A DNA stretch of 64,000 bases from Octopus sinensis. Taxonomy: Eukaryota. Within the stretch, counting starts at the first letter, position 1, and each line of letters begins with the position of its first letter. The stretch covers positions 16,182,001-16,246,000 of the forward strand of contig NC_043024.1 in the NCBI RefSeq assembly GCF_006345805.1, in the 5' to 3' direction. The position numbers and the translations under genes were made by a program. Shown here one piece after another: positions 39,166 through 50,217 of the stretch. The notes beneath the pieces are model-generated. The model was given only the letters and a program-made list of their open reading frames with translations. It did no database searches and was not told the DNA's origin.

Positions 39166-39711
39166 TGGCCATATTGGGACACTACCTTGAAAAATTTTGG
39201 TCAACTGAATCAACTCCAGTACTTGCTTTTTAAAAGCCTGCCACTTATCATATCAGTTCCTTTTGCTGAACTGCTAAGTTACAGGGATGTAAACAAACCA
39301 ACAGTTGTTGTCAAGCAGTGCTGGGGGCAAACACAGACACAAAGACACACAAACTTCTTCAGTTTCCCTCAACCAAATATGCTTACAAGACACTTGCCCA
39401 AGGTGCCATGCAGTGGGACTGAACCCTGAACCATGTGGTAGCAAAGCAACTTCTTACTACACAGCCATGTGTTCTTCTATTTAGTTTTATCATTTTATGG
39501 TTTTAGTATCTTCTTTTCTCTCCTTGTTTAACTTATTTCCATTTTCCTAATGTCGATTGTAATTCAATTACCACTGCATCACAGTCTGAGCTGATATTTG
39601 CTGCTGGCTAGGTTTGTGTGAGTTTCAGTTTTTAAACCATTGGTTTATCCATGTATGGTCTGTCTGAATTTAGTCAATGACAAAGGAGTGAACGTAAAGA
39701 AACCAGAATAA

Positions 39712-40295
39712 CCTGTCGAGTGTTGGGCCTCATGGAGGCAAATTTGCTGAGTTCTTTTTGAGTGTTGGCCTCATGGAGGCAATGTGTCTGAGTTCCTTTC
39801 GAGTGTTGGGCCACATGGAGGCAACGTGGTTGAGTTCCTTTCAAGTGTTGGCCTCATGGAGGCAATGTGGCTGACTTCCTTTCTAGTGTTGGGCCTCATG
39901 GGGTCAATGTGGTGAGTCCCTTTCAAGTGTTGAGCCTCATGGAAGCAATGTGCCTCAGTTTCTCTTGAGTGTTGGGCCACATGGAAGTGAGGCGGTTGAG
40001 TTCCTTTTGAGCATTGGGCTTCATGTAGGCAAAGTGGCTGAGTTCCTTTCGAGTGTTGGACCTTACATAGGTAAGCTGAGCAAAATTGCAGTCGTGGCAG
40101 ATACTGGTGTCATGCAAATGGCACCTGTGCCATTAAACTCAGAGTGGTTGGCATTAGGAAAGGCATCCAGCCATAGAAACCATGCCAAATCAGACTGGAG
40201 TCTGGTGCAGCTCCTCAGCTTACCAGCCTTGGTCAAACTATCCATCCCATACCAGCATGGACAGCAGATGTTAAACGATGATGATGATGATGAAT
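39712..40295 (+). mobile_element. RTE 3' end with a 42-bp tandem array (9 units, 39712-40080)
   Basis: Unit about GAGTTCCTTTCGAGTGTTGGGCCTCATGGAGGCAATGTGGCT matches the RTE ORF end, then runs into the family C UTR and (GAT)n. Confidence 0.75.
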
Positions 40296-40378
40296 TAATG
40301 GCAGTCAGAAAGAAACCCGGCCTTGCGCTGCTGTATACAGCGATCCACACTGTAACCAGCCACTGTCACCTCTACGCA

Positions 40379-40790
40379 GGCTGGAAAGCGGAGCATTTTC
40401 CAATCGAAGTTGGATGTAGAGGGTTTGTTGGACACTGTGTGAGACGACTGTTGTTATCGCTAGGCCTAACTCATCGTAAAGTCAATCCCACCATGACCAA
40501 TATCCAATCTACAGTGGAGAAGGCTAGCCACTGGATTTGGTTAAAAAGAGATGATGAGCGATGGCTAGAAGAATATTGAGCTTTATTTGATAACCAGCTG
40601 ATCTAGCAAGTGGGGCCTCATATCAGTGAGGGGGGCCAGTGCGCATTGATGCTGTCGAGAGGTAGGCCCCGAAATGGTGAGCATTCTCTCCTGATGAACC
40701 CATACACTTTCTGGCTTCTGGTATGCAGAGTTCTTGACTGGTAGCATTTGCATGTGCAAGTTGTTTGCAAGATATAAACAGTCATCTAAA
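40379..40790 (+). mobile_element. 3' fragment of an RLE-type non-LTR element (HERO-like)
   Basis: GWKAEHFPIEVGCRGFVG...EKASHWIWLKRDDERW* matches my recollection of HERO-clade C-termini; stop at 40577-40579. Confidence 0.65.
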
Positions 40791-41472
40791 TGAATGTTAT
40801 TAGTGAGTGACAGCCACCCTCTTTCAGAGACACCAAATATAATACACCTTATACATATGCTGTCAGGAAATGGGGAAAATGAAATAGAAATTAAAAGAAG
40901 GATTGAGATAACTAGAAAGTCATATTGAAAAAATGCCACATATTAATGTTGAGAAATACAAATATAAAAACCAAGAAAAGATTATAAAATATTATAAATG
41001 ATCTACTCTACAAGATAAAGGTGGAAGTCTGTGTAATGAAAATTCCTCTATTAACTTACCTGTTATGGATAGAACCATTGTAAAAACCATAATACTCATG
41101 TGAAGAGGGAGAGAGAGAGAGAGAGAATAAGAGAGAGAATGAGAGAGAGAGAAAGACAGAGTGAGCGGGTGACTCACTCTCTTTCTCCCTCTCTCTCCCC
41201 ACACAAAAATGAAACTCATTTCGGCGTCTAAATCTCTCTAAAGGAGACTACGGCAGCGGTACTGGATTATAATAGTTATCACCAAGCTAATATGGCAGTC
41301 CAGAAATACAGGACAAATGCTGCCATTGATTAGCTCCAAGAGGCCATTGCCTCTAGCTAGTTGTGTGACACATGAACCTGTGTGTCCATTATAACCTTCA
41401 AACAGAGGAGGTCAGCCACTTCTCCTTGCTGGTCTGGCATTTACAGACTAGTTTCCGGGTATTTTCCCCTTA

Positions 41473-41539
41473 TCAATGTTGAGCAGTCGAACCAAGCAGG
41501 CATCAGCGAAGCCTGCTTGGTTTGGCTGCTCTACATTGA
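41473..41539. other. 67-nt hairpin (29-bp stem, 9-nt loop)
   Basis: TCAATGTTGAGCAGTCGAACCAAGCAGGC / GCCTGCTTGGTTTGGCTGCTCTACATTGA; 1 mismatch, 2 G-T. Confidence 0.85.
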
Positions 41540-41757
41540 CAATATCGGTTGTGAAGTGATGGTGGGAGAACAAACACAGACACACACATTCCCATATAAA
41601 ATGGCGTTTTTCGGTTTCTGTCTACCAAATCCACTCACAAGGTTTTGTTTGGCCTGAAGCTATAGTAAAAGACACTTGCCCAACATTCCACGCAGTAGGA
41701 CTGAACCCGGAGTCATGTGGCTGGAAGCAAGCTTTGTACCACACAGCCATTCCTGTG

Positions 41758-41807
<50 letters not shown>

Positions 41808-41930
41808 TGTAAAAATTTAGATTCAAATGAATATGGTACTTAATTTAGATGCACCAGAATTCTGTATGGTGTTATCCATAAAAATCCGTGCGGTGATTAT
41901 AATCAAAATAAGCAACAAGAATGACTCCGG

Positions 41931-42023
41931 TAATTTGGTACGATCGTTTCGTACAACATCATTTTATTAAATGTTGTAAGTATTACAACAGTTTTAAAAT
42001 GCTGAGCACTCATCAGCCAATTA
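41931..42023 (-). ncRNA. Type-I hammerhead ribozyme, intact core
   Basis: Minus: TAATTGG-CTGATGA-GT...AC-GAAA-CGATCG-TA-CCAAATTA, in a PLE tail also present at 28805-28885. Confidence 0.78.
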
Positions 42024-42226
42024 TAGAGGTTTTCCATTGATACAAAAATTTTCATATCAAGTGGCAACATTATAGAGAAGATAAATATATAGACAAAGAT
42101 GTGGATTTAAATTTTAAGAACATTTGAGGTAGTGGAGCCCATCAACTTACTGATTCAGTTGTTCCAGACTACTGTAAGGTTCTGAGAGGGAAGAACAAAT
42201 GACAGGAGACAATATAGATTTTCTAA

Positions 42227-42689
42227 TTATAGAAATGGGGTAAAGGGGATGTCATAGCTCCATATAAGGAATTTATGTAGAAGACAGCATTATCACAACT
42301 AAATGCCAATTACTAGTATTTGATGAACAGATTCGGGGTTAGGAGAACTAGGTCAATGTCAAGTGGTCGCAATAACATTCACAGAGAATGCAGAGACCTT
42401 ACAAACCCTATGCACATCATCACAACAGTTGGTCTATAAGTTCCCTTTATTCTAACGTGTCAAAGTACTCGGAACTTATAGACCAACTGTTGTGATGATG
42501 TGCATAGGGTTTGTAAGGTCTCTGCATTCTCTGTGAATGTTATTGTGACCACTTGACATTGACCTAGTTCTCCTAACGTGAAATCTGTTCATCAAATAGT
42601 AATAATTAGCATTTAGTTATGACAATCCTGTTTTCTAAATAAATTCCTTTATATGGAGCTCTGATATCCCCTTTGCCCCATTTCTATAA
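42227..42689. repeat. 463-bp foldback, about 218-bp arms, 26-nt loop
   Basis: 42338-42444 pairs with 42471-42577 with a single G-T; outer arms are diverged but continuous. Confidence 0.95.
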
Positions 42690-42694
42690 ATGTG

Positions 42695-42905
42695 TACCCT
42701 TAACGTAGTTCTCAGGGAGATTCAGAGTGACACAGTGTGTGTCAAGGTTGGCCCTTTGAATTACAAGTACAACTCATTTTTGCCAGCTGAGTGGATGGAG
42801 CAATGTGAAATAAATGTCTTGCTTAAGGACACAATGCATCGCTGGGAATTGAACTCATGACCTGACGATTGTAAGCTGAATACCCTTACCACTAAGCCAT
42901 ACTAT
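42695..42905 (-). mobile_element. tRNA-derived SINE, distinct family (CORE-like + Deu/Nin-like blocks)
   Basis: Minus: TGGCTTAGTGG A-box, GAGTTCAATTCCC B-box, tgtgtccttaagcaagaca, ccactcagctggcaaaaatgag. Confidence 0.7.
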
Positions 42906-43786
42906 ACTCCTTTACATGTGGATAAGAGTAAAGGTTAATGTAGTGAATGACGTACAAAGGTGGAGGTGTAGTCGATGGGAAATATCAAAGGAAGGAAAAG
43001 AAAAAAAGAAACAGCTTCGAAAGGATGATTTGATAAGTGGCATTAGGGGATAGGGAAGTAGAAAGCTGCAGTAAAATAAGCCTGTGGAAAAGGTCAGAAA
43101 ATAGGGAGGAAAGAAGAGATGTACAGGGACAGAGATGAAGGTCAGAGGTACAAAGGGATGGCTATAATAAGTGGAGGACAAAGGTGGGATAACATCAACA
43201 GCAGATGTGAGGGGTATGAGAGATGCAGTATGACAGTTTTAAGATGTGACTCATGGGGGTGGGGTGGAAATAGGAATAGACACTGAAAGGGGTGAGCGTA
43301 GGAAAATATAATGGGAAGAGGAGGCTGCTATTTGCACAAAGAGAAAAATATGTGCAGCTTCTGTTATCATATAATTTCAGCCACTACAAGCCCATTGCCA
43401 AACTTTGGTGTTTGGGGTTGGAGGGCTTTGGAACATTCTAGGTGGGTACTCTAATTTACAATAATTCTAAGGTGCAGTTTTGGAATGATAATATCACTGA
43501 AAACTTATTTCATCATTTCTTTGAATTTATGTTTTAAACATTGATTATAAATCCGTAAAATAGAAGTTTTTCAGCACACACACACACACACGCACACATC
43601 AAAGTATTGTATAGTTTCTCTCTCTCCATTTTTTTCCTCTTATTCCTTTCTGCTGAAGAGTGTAGGCTCGAATTATAAAAGACCTTTGCATTCTTCCTGA
43701 GCATTAAACTAATACACCTGCTTGTTGTTCCTACACTTGTCTTCCTCTTTTATTTTTCTATAAATTTGAACTATATATCATCATCA

Positions 43787-44260
43787 TCATCATTGTCGTT
43801 TAGCGTCCGCTTTCCATGCTGGCATGGGTTGGATGGTTTGACTGAGGGCTGACAAGCCAGAAGGCTGCAGCAGGCTCCAATTTGATATGGCAAAGTTTCT
43901 ACAGCTGAATGCCCTTCCTAATGCCAACCACTCTGAGAGTGTAGTGGGTGCTTTTTATGTGCCACTGGCATGAGAGCCAGTCAGGCAGTACTGGCATTAA
44001 CCATGCTTGAATGGTGCTTTTTATGTGCTACCAGCATGGGTGCCAGTAAGGCAGGTCTATCAATGAGTTCACTTGATTCAACAGGTCTTTGCAAGAGCAG
44101 ATTAATGCCCAATGATTGAAGTGTACTCTTAAATGGGACAGTTATGCTACACTGGTACAGGTCACGATTACTGTCTCACTTGGCTTGCCAGGTCTTCTCA
44201 AGCACAGCATATCTCCAAAGGTCTTGGTCACTTGTCATTGCCTCCTTGAGGCCCAACGTA
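43787..44260 (-). mobile_element. RTE LINE 3' end
   Basis: (ATC)n tail, family C UTR, RTE ORF-end sequence. Confidence 0.8.
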
Positions 44261-44261
44261 G

Positions 44262-45250
44262 TGCAGTTTATAACGTATAATTTTAGCAAATACAATACAA
44301 TAGAAGACAGAATTCCTTTAGTGATTAACTGGCACTGACATTTCGCTGGCATTTCAAAAGTGTTGCATGAAAGTTACCAGCATGTGGCGAAAAAATATCC
44401 TCACTTCAAACAGATATTTCCTCAACTGCCTATTGTAGCCCTTAGACAGAATAAGAATATAAGAGAATCATTGACCTCTATTTCTGACTCCAAGAAGACA
44501 AACATTGGAGTATCTACACGCTGTACCATAAAGAACAGCTGCAAGAGAGGTAAGCCCTGTTCATTGTGCAACAACATGAGTGAAGGGAATTCCATCAGAA
44601 ATCATAACAGAAATGTTATGATTTATACAGAAGGTGGAACATGTAAAGATTCCCATTTGGTGTATGCTGCAGAATGCGCAAAACACAACTTAATTTATGT
44701 TGGTTGCACAAGAGAACAATTAAACAAAAGGTTTAATGGGCACAGATTCAACGTCAGGCACAATAACAGTAGTTCGACAGAACTTGCCGAACATTTCGTT
44801 TCAAGTGGCTGCAATTTTGAAGAAAACTTTAAAGTGCATATTCTCAGAAAATATTCTGAATCTACTTCGCTTTCACTTCTCAGAATGTATGAGGAGAAAT
44901 ATGTTTGCAGGTTATTAACATCACGCCCTGGAGGGATGAATAAGATGACAGGAGAATATCATCAAATTTATACAAAGCTGTTTGATTAAATATTCTTCTT
45001 TCTCTTTTTTTCTTTCCTTTGTTCTGGCGTCTTCTTTTTTCTGTTTTTTTCTTTCTTTTCGCCTGTTAAAGACTTAAAAACTGATGATGTCATTCCATCA
45101 ATGTGTGGATGCTACTTGCTCTCGTTCATACTTTACGTTTAAATTTCTGAATTTTTATCACTTCTTATTTTGAACTTGACAAAGACAGACTTACTGTTGA
45201 AATATCATTCAATAAAATACTTACAATCGAATTGCGCTCTTCGTCTTGAC
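44262..45250 (+). mobile_element. 5'-truncated Penelope-like element (Neptune-like Cys linker)
   Basis: RIPLVINWH*HFAG in frame with the ORF below; 3' UTR with a decayed HHR-like motif at 45170-45212 and AATAAA. Confidence 0.85.
44360..44989 (+). CDS. GIY-YIG endonuclease domain of a PLE ORF (C-terminal fragment, 209 aa)
   Basis: CKRGKPCSLC linker, VYAAEC..H..IYVGCT, KRFNGH, EHF, EEKYVCRLLTSRPGGMN; no internal stop. Confidence 0.9.
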   Translation: MLHESYQHVAKKYPHFKQIFPQLPIVALRQNKNIRESLTSISDSKKTNIGVSTRCTIKNSCKRGKPCSLCNNMSEGNSIRNHNRNVMIYTEGGTCKDSHLVYAAECAKHNLIYVGCTREQLNKRFNGHRFNVRHNNSSSTELAEHFVSSGCNFEENFKVHILRKYSESTSLSLLRMYEEKYVCRLLTSRPGGMNKMTGEYHQIYTKLFD

Positions 45251-46294
45251 TGTTTACTTTTGTGAAGAGTTACGTCAATCCTATTTTAAAAATATATTAT
45301 AATAATAAAGGGTAAAATTAATTAATCAATTAATAATTAATAATTTTACCAAGTAGTTCAGTATGTTAAAGAACCATTATCGGTAACCTTATACAAAAAC
45401 TCTATAATTATAAGCATAATTATAATTAGGGTTCAGCAAAAATTGTTTCACCACATACCAAAATTTAGAAATAGTAGTTAACTGCTATTGGGCTTCTTTC
45501 AGCTTCCCTCTACCAAATCCTCTCACAAGGCTTTTGGGTCAGCTCGAGGTTTATAGTAGAAGATATTTGCCCAAGGTACCACACAATGGGACTGAAGCCA
45601 GATTTGTGTGAATGTGAACCACACTTCTTACCACACAACCACGTCTGCACCTATAATCTTAGCAAGGTATTGTGTCTATAAGCTGTACAGTACAAATATA
45701 GACTAAACACAGTGCTTCACTTAGTTTCAAGAAATAAATTGTTTAGCATGTTAATATTTCACCCAATCTGCCCAGAGTTACAGGACTTGAGACTTTCCTT
45801 CAGAGTTTGATGTCTCATTGAAGGTGGTCATATAGCCAGCCAGTTTAACCTGTTTCTTACTGCAACTTTCATGTGATTATCTACAAACAGATTATCATCG
45901 CAAATGTGATGTCAGTAGAGATAAATTCTTCCAACGAGGACTGAACTTTGTCAAAACCGTCATCTGTTTAACTGCCTGGATGTTGATATGGCAGCAATAT
46001 TGATTCCGTTTTTCCCTTCTCTTCCTCTGTTTCTATAAACATAAATGTGTATTTAAGTGAAACATATCAAAGAATGATGCAGTTTATAATTCTTTTATTC
46101 TTTCAGTGGTTTCAGTCATTTGACAGTGGCCATGCTGGAGCACCGCCCTTAGTTGAACAAATCAGCTCCAGGACTTATTCTTTGTAAGCCTAGTACTTAT
46201 TCTATCGATCTCTTTTGCTGAACTGCTAAGTTACGGGGATGTAAGCACACCAACACAGAGTTGTTAAGCAATGATGGGGCACAAATACAGACAC

Positions 46295-46353
<59 letters not shown>

Positions 46354-46356
<3 letters not shown>

Positions 46357-46517
46357 GCATATATGGGTACAGGATGGCACCAACGGTGCAAATAACATGA
46401 AATATGTAAACAAACAAGGGAAAATGAGTGAAATATGTAAACAATGAGGTTTTCTTTCATTTGTTTACGTATTTCATGTTATTTGCACCATTGGTGACGT
46501 CCCGTACTCATATATGC

Positions 46518-46520
<3 letters not shown>
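46354..46520. repeat. 167-bp foldback (61-bp arms) embedded in (TA)n
   Basis: 46354-46414 pairs with 46460-46520. Confidence 0.85.
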
Positions 46521-46559
<39 letters not shown>

Positions 46560-46566
46560 TATATAT

Positions 46567-46602
<36 letters not shown>

Positions 46603-47163
46603 CATGTAGTTATGCCTCAAATTCCCCGCGAAAAGCATGCTAAGACTCATTGGAAACGTATGCTGCATAAAATAAAATATTTACTGCCGCATAATTAAAT
46701 TTATAAATTTATAAATTTATAAATGAGGGTGAAAAGTTGATATTAATTTAATAATACCATTAATTTAACACCAAGTGGCTTAGCACAAAAAACTAGGGAG
46801 ATAATTAATGGTATTATTAAATTAATATCAATTTTTCACCCTCATTTATAAATTTATAAATTTAATTATGCGGCAGTAAATATTTTATTTTATGCAGCAT
46901 ACGTTTCCAATGAGTCTTAGCATGCTTTTCACGGGGAATTTGAGGCATAACTAAAAATGCAATCAATTAAACCGCATGTGTATTTGACAAAAAACTAGGG
47001 AGATAATACAAATTTATACATAAATTATTAGAGTTACCACTATGTGGATAGCTCTAGTGCTAAAAATAGCTCCGATAGTATAGCCACAGAAACGATGTTT
47101 CCAAGTAGAAATAACATTACATTTAATGGAAGGAAAGTGAAACATAACGAATAAATAGATTGA

Positions 47164-47236
47164 TCCTGAACAATTGTTTCATTACTAATGTCAATGCAAT
47201 TTTACTTACATAGACATCTATAAATCATCAGCAGAG
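47164..47236 (-). ncRNA. Type-I HHR motif (GUU triplet, U-U at 10.1/11.1)
   Basis: Minus: CTCTG-CTGATGA-TTTA..GATGTC..GACATT..TAAT-GAAA-CAATTG-TT-CAGGA. Confidence 0.7.
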
Positions 47237-47364
47237 GTTTGTCTTAAATACAATTTATTAGACCAACACGAGCGTCAAATACACGTGCGGTTTAACCAAT
47301 TGCATTTTTAGTTATGCCTCAAATTCCCTGCGAATTGGTCTAATAAATTGTATTTAAGACAAAC

Positions 47365-47438
47365 CTCTGCTGATGATTTATAGATGTCTATGTAAGTAAA
47401 ATTACATATTACATTAGTAATGAAACAATTGTTCAGGG
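47365..47438 (+). ncRNA. Type-I HHR motif (GUU triplet, U-U at 10.1/11.1)
   Basis: CTCTG-CTGATGA-TTTA...TAAT-GAAA-CAATTG-TT-CAGGG. Confidence 0.7.
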
Positions 47439-47683
47439 TCATTCTATTTATTCGTTATATTTCACTTTCCTTCCGTTAAATGTAATGTTATTTCAACTTG
47501 GAAACATATTTTCTGTGGCTATACTAACAGAGCTATTTTTAGCACTAGAGCTATCCACATAGTGGTAACTCTCTAATAATTTATGTATAAATTTGCATTA
47601 TCTCCCTAGTTTTTTGTGCTAAGCCACTTGGTGTTAAATTAATGGTATTATTAAATTAATATCAATTTTTCACCCTCATTTAT

Positions 47684-47714
<31 letters not shown>

Positions 47715-47934
47715 TATATATATATAATATACATCTAATATAGGATAAAATTTATATATATATAAATTTATATATATATATATACATCTAATATAGGATA
47801 AAATTTATATATATATATACATCTAATATAGGATAAAATTTATATATATATATACATCTAATATAGGATAAAATTTTTTGAAAAAAATTTTATCAATGGC
47901 CAGCATATTAAAAAATACCTTTAAAGGTTAAATT

Positions 47935-48340
47935 TATAAACAATTTATAAACAAGGGCAAAAGAAAAAAATTCTAATGCCAAATATGCCGAAAATAGACA
48001 AATTGTCAATAGACAGAAATTTCTAAAAAATATCTATTTTGGATATATTTGGGGTACTTAAGTCTGCTCATGACTTGGTGCTTGCTTCTTCCGTGGTTAT
48101 GAGTAAGTATTTCATTTATGTCTTATGTATTTATCACTGATGAGGAGAAAATTCTTATGAATTAACTCTGAAATTGGAACAAATATGATAATAACGCAAT
48201 TTTTAGAAATTCCTGTCGGCTTACTTCGAGACGCGTATTTGTAGTGATAAATTGTATGGTTATTGACAATTTGTCTATTTTTGGCATATTTAGCATTAGA
48301 ATTTTTTTTCTTTTGCCCTTGTTTATAAGTTGCTTATGTT
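47935..48340 (+). mobile_element. PLE relic with about 75-bp inverted termini and an HHR-like motif (48130-48251, A14G)
   Basis: 47935-48010 inverted at 48262-48338; TTTATCA-CTGATGA-GGAG..CTTC-GAGA-CGCGTATTTG-TA-GTGATAAA. Confidence 0.65.
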
Positions 48341-49028
48341 ATATATTATTTATTATCCAATTGAATGTGAGACACACATATATACACACACATATATGAA
48401 GGTTTTCTTTCAGTTTCCGGCTACCAAATCCACTCACAAGGCTTTGGTTGGCCCGAGGCTATAGTAGAAGACACTTGCCCAAGGTGCCACACAGTGGGAC
48501 TGAACCCGAAACCATGTGGTTGGGAAGCAAGCTTCTTACCACACAACCATGCCTGCACCTGTTACCACACAGCCACAAAGAATTTGTTAGAATCCATTCA
48601 GTATGTGCTTACATTTTAAATAATATTTTTGTTTAAAAAATTAACTGTAAATGAGACGTGTCAACTGATGCTGAAACAGAGGTGTTAATGAAAAAGCATC
48701 TGAAAGAAACCATGAAAATGTGTAAGATGAATACTTTGAAATACAAGTCAGGATATCAATAATTACAAAGCAATATTAATCATGATCATCATCATCAGCC
48801 AGTGTTTTAAATCCGTATTTTGTCTCCATTGACAGGGGTTGCCGGATTTACATCAATGCCATAGCAACTGAGGTAGGCAGGTGCAGCCCACCCCAACCTT
48901 TGGGCTGGCTGGTGCTTATTCTCGTTTGCTATCATGGGGCTCTTTTGGAGCTGGATTTTCTACAGATAGCATGTCCTCTGTATGTGTATATATATATACA
49001 CACACACATACATACACACACACACACT

Positions 49029-49067
<39 letters not shown>

Positions 49068-49427
49068 TATTTTTTTTTTCTCTAGTTTCACCTCAGAGCT
49101 GCGACCATGCTGATGCACTGCCGGAATCCTAACCACTATATATGTATATATATATCATCATCATCATCATCATCGTTTAATGTCCGCTCTCCATGCTAGC
49201 ATGGGTTGGATGGTTCAACTGGGGTCTGGGAAGCCAGAAGGCTGCACCAGGTCCAGTCTGATCTGGCAGTGTTTCTACGGCTGGATGCCCTTCCTAATGC
49301 CAACCACTCCTGAGTGTAGTTGGTGCTTTTTACGTGCCAATATATATATATATATATATGTAGGTCCCGGGTTGAGTCGGGGTTAACCACAGTAAATAAG
49401 GTACTCAATACATAGCAGAGTAAATTA

Positions 49428-49554
49428 ATTTATTATATAGAAGGAGCTTCTACAGGACTAGAACTGTTTCATTCAAAGAAATCATCAGGAAGCTTCCTGA
49501 TGATTTCTTTGAATGAAACAGCTCTAGTCCTGTAGAAGCTCCTTCTATATAATA

Positions 49555-49557
<3 letters not shown>
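49428..49557. repeat. 130-bp loop-less palindrome with two divergent HHR-like cores
   Basis: Axis 49492/49493, 1 mismatch; CTGATGA-TTTCTTTGAAT-GAAA-CAGCTC-TA. Confidence 0.9.
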
Positions 49558-49606
<49 letters not shown>

Positions 49607-49639
49607 TATGATATGTATATATATATATATCTATGTATG

Positions 49640-49701
<62 letters not shown>

Positions 49702-49734
49702 TATATTATATATATATGTGTGTATATATATATA

Positions 49735-50105
49735 CCAGCAGTATCGCCCGGCGTTGCTCGGGTTTGTAAGGGAAATAACTATATAAGCATTTTTAGAGAG
49801 TTATAGCCAAAAAATAGCAAAAAAATGCATTAAAAATTGAAAAAAAATTAAGGTAATTTTTTTTTAAATCGTTGACACATCGTAGATATTTTTAGAGAGT
49901 TACTTCCCTTATATAATAACGAAAAATATGCATTAAAATGGAAAAATATGATGGTAAATTTTTTTTAAATCGTAGACTCATCGTAGACGCGCGCTAATAC
50001 CCAGAAGGGCTCGATATGAATCACGACTACACCGCAAAATGTGGGAGTAGTTACGAATCTAAATCGTAGGAGACAGACACACAACTTCACTCTTATATAT
50101 AAAGA
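49735..50105 (-). mobile_element. Non-autonomous Helitron, 371 bp
   Basis: Minus: A^TCTTTATATATAAG ... CCCGAGCAACGCCGGG hairpin ... CTGG^T. Confidence 0.85.
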
Positions 50106-50217
50106 TATAAGCCACGTAGTTATATACACATACTTTGTTATATACACATTCTTAAAAGAAAATGTTATTTTGAACACAACATTTACAAAGAATAAAAAAT
50201 TTCTTGGTTTTTCTTAA

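Larger units (their letters stand above)
46607..47690. mobile_element. PLE pseudo-LTR patchwork of inversions
   Basis: Palindrome 46607-46953; about 46990-47258 inverted at 47334-47605; further inverted patches; (TA)n flanks. Confidence 0.8.

Noticed and set aside
40660-40705. Type-II HHR order (GAAA...CTGATGA) in the HERO-like UTR
   Set aside because: Stems I and III cannot be formed.
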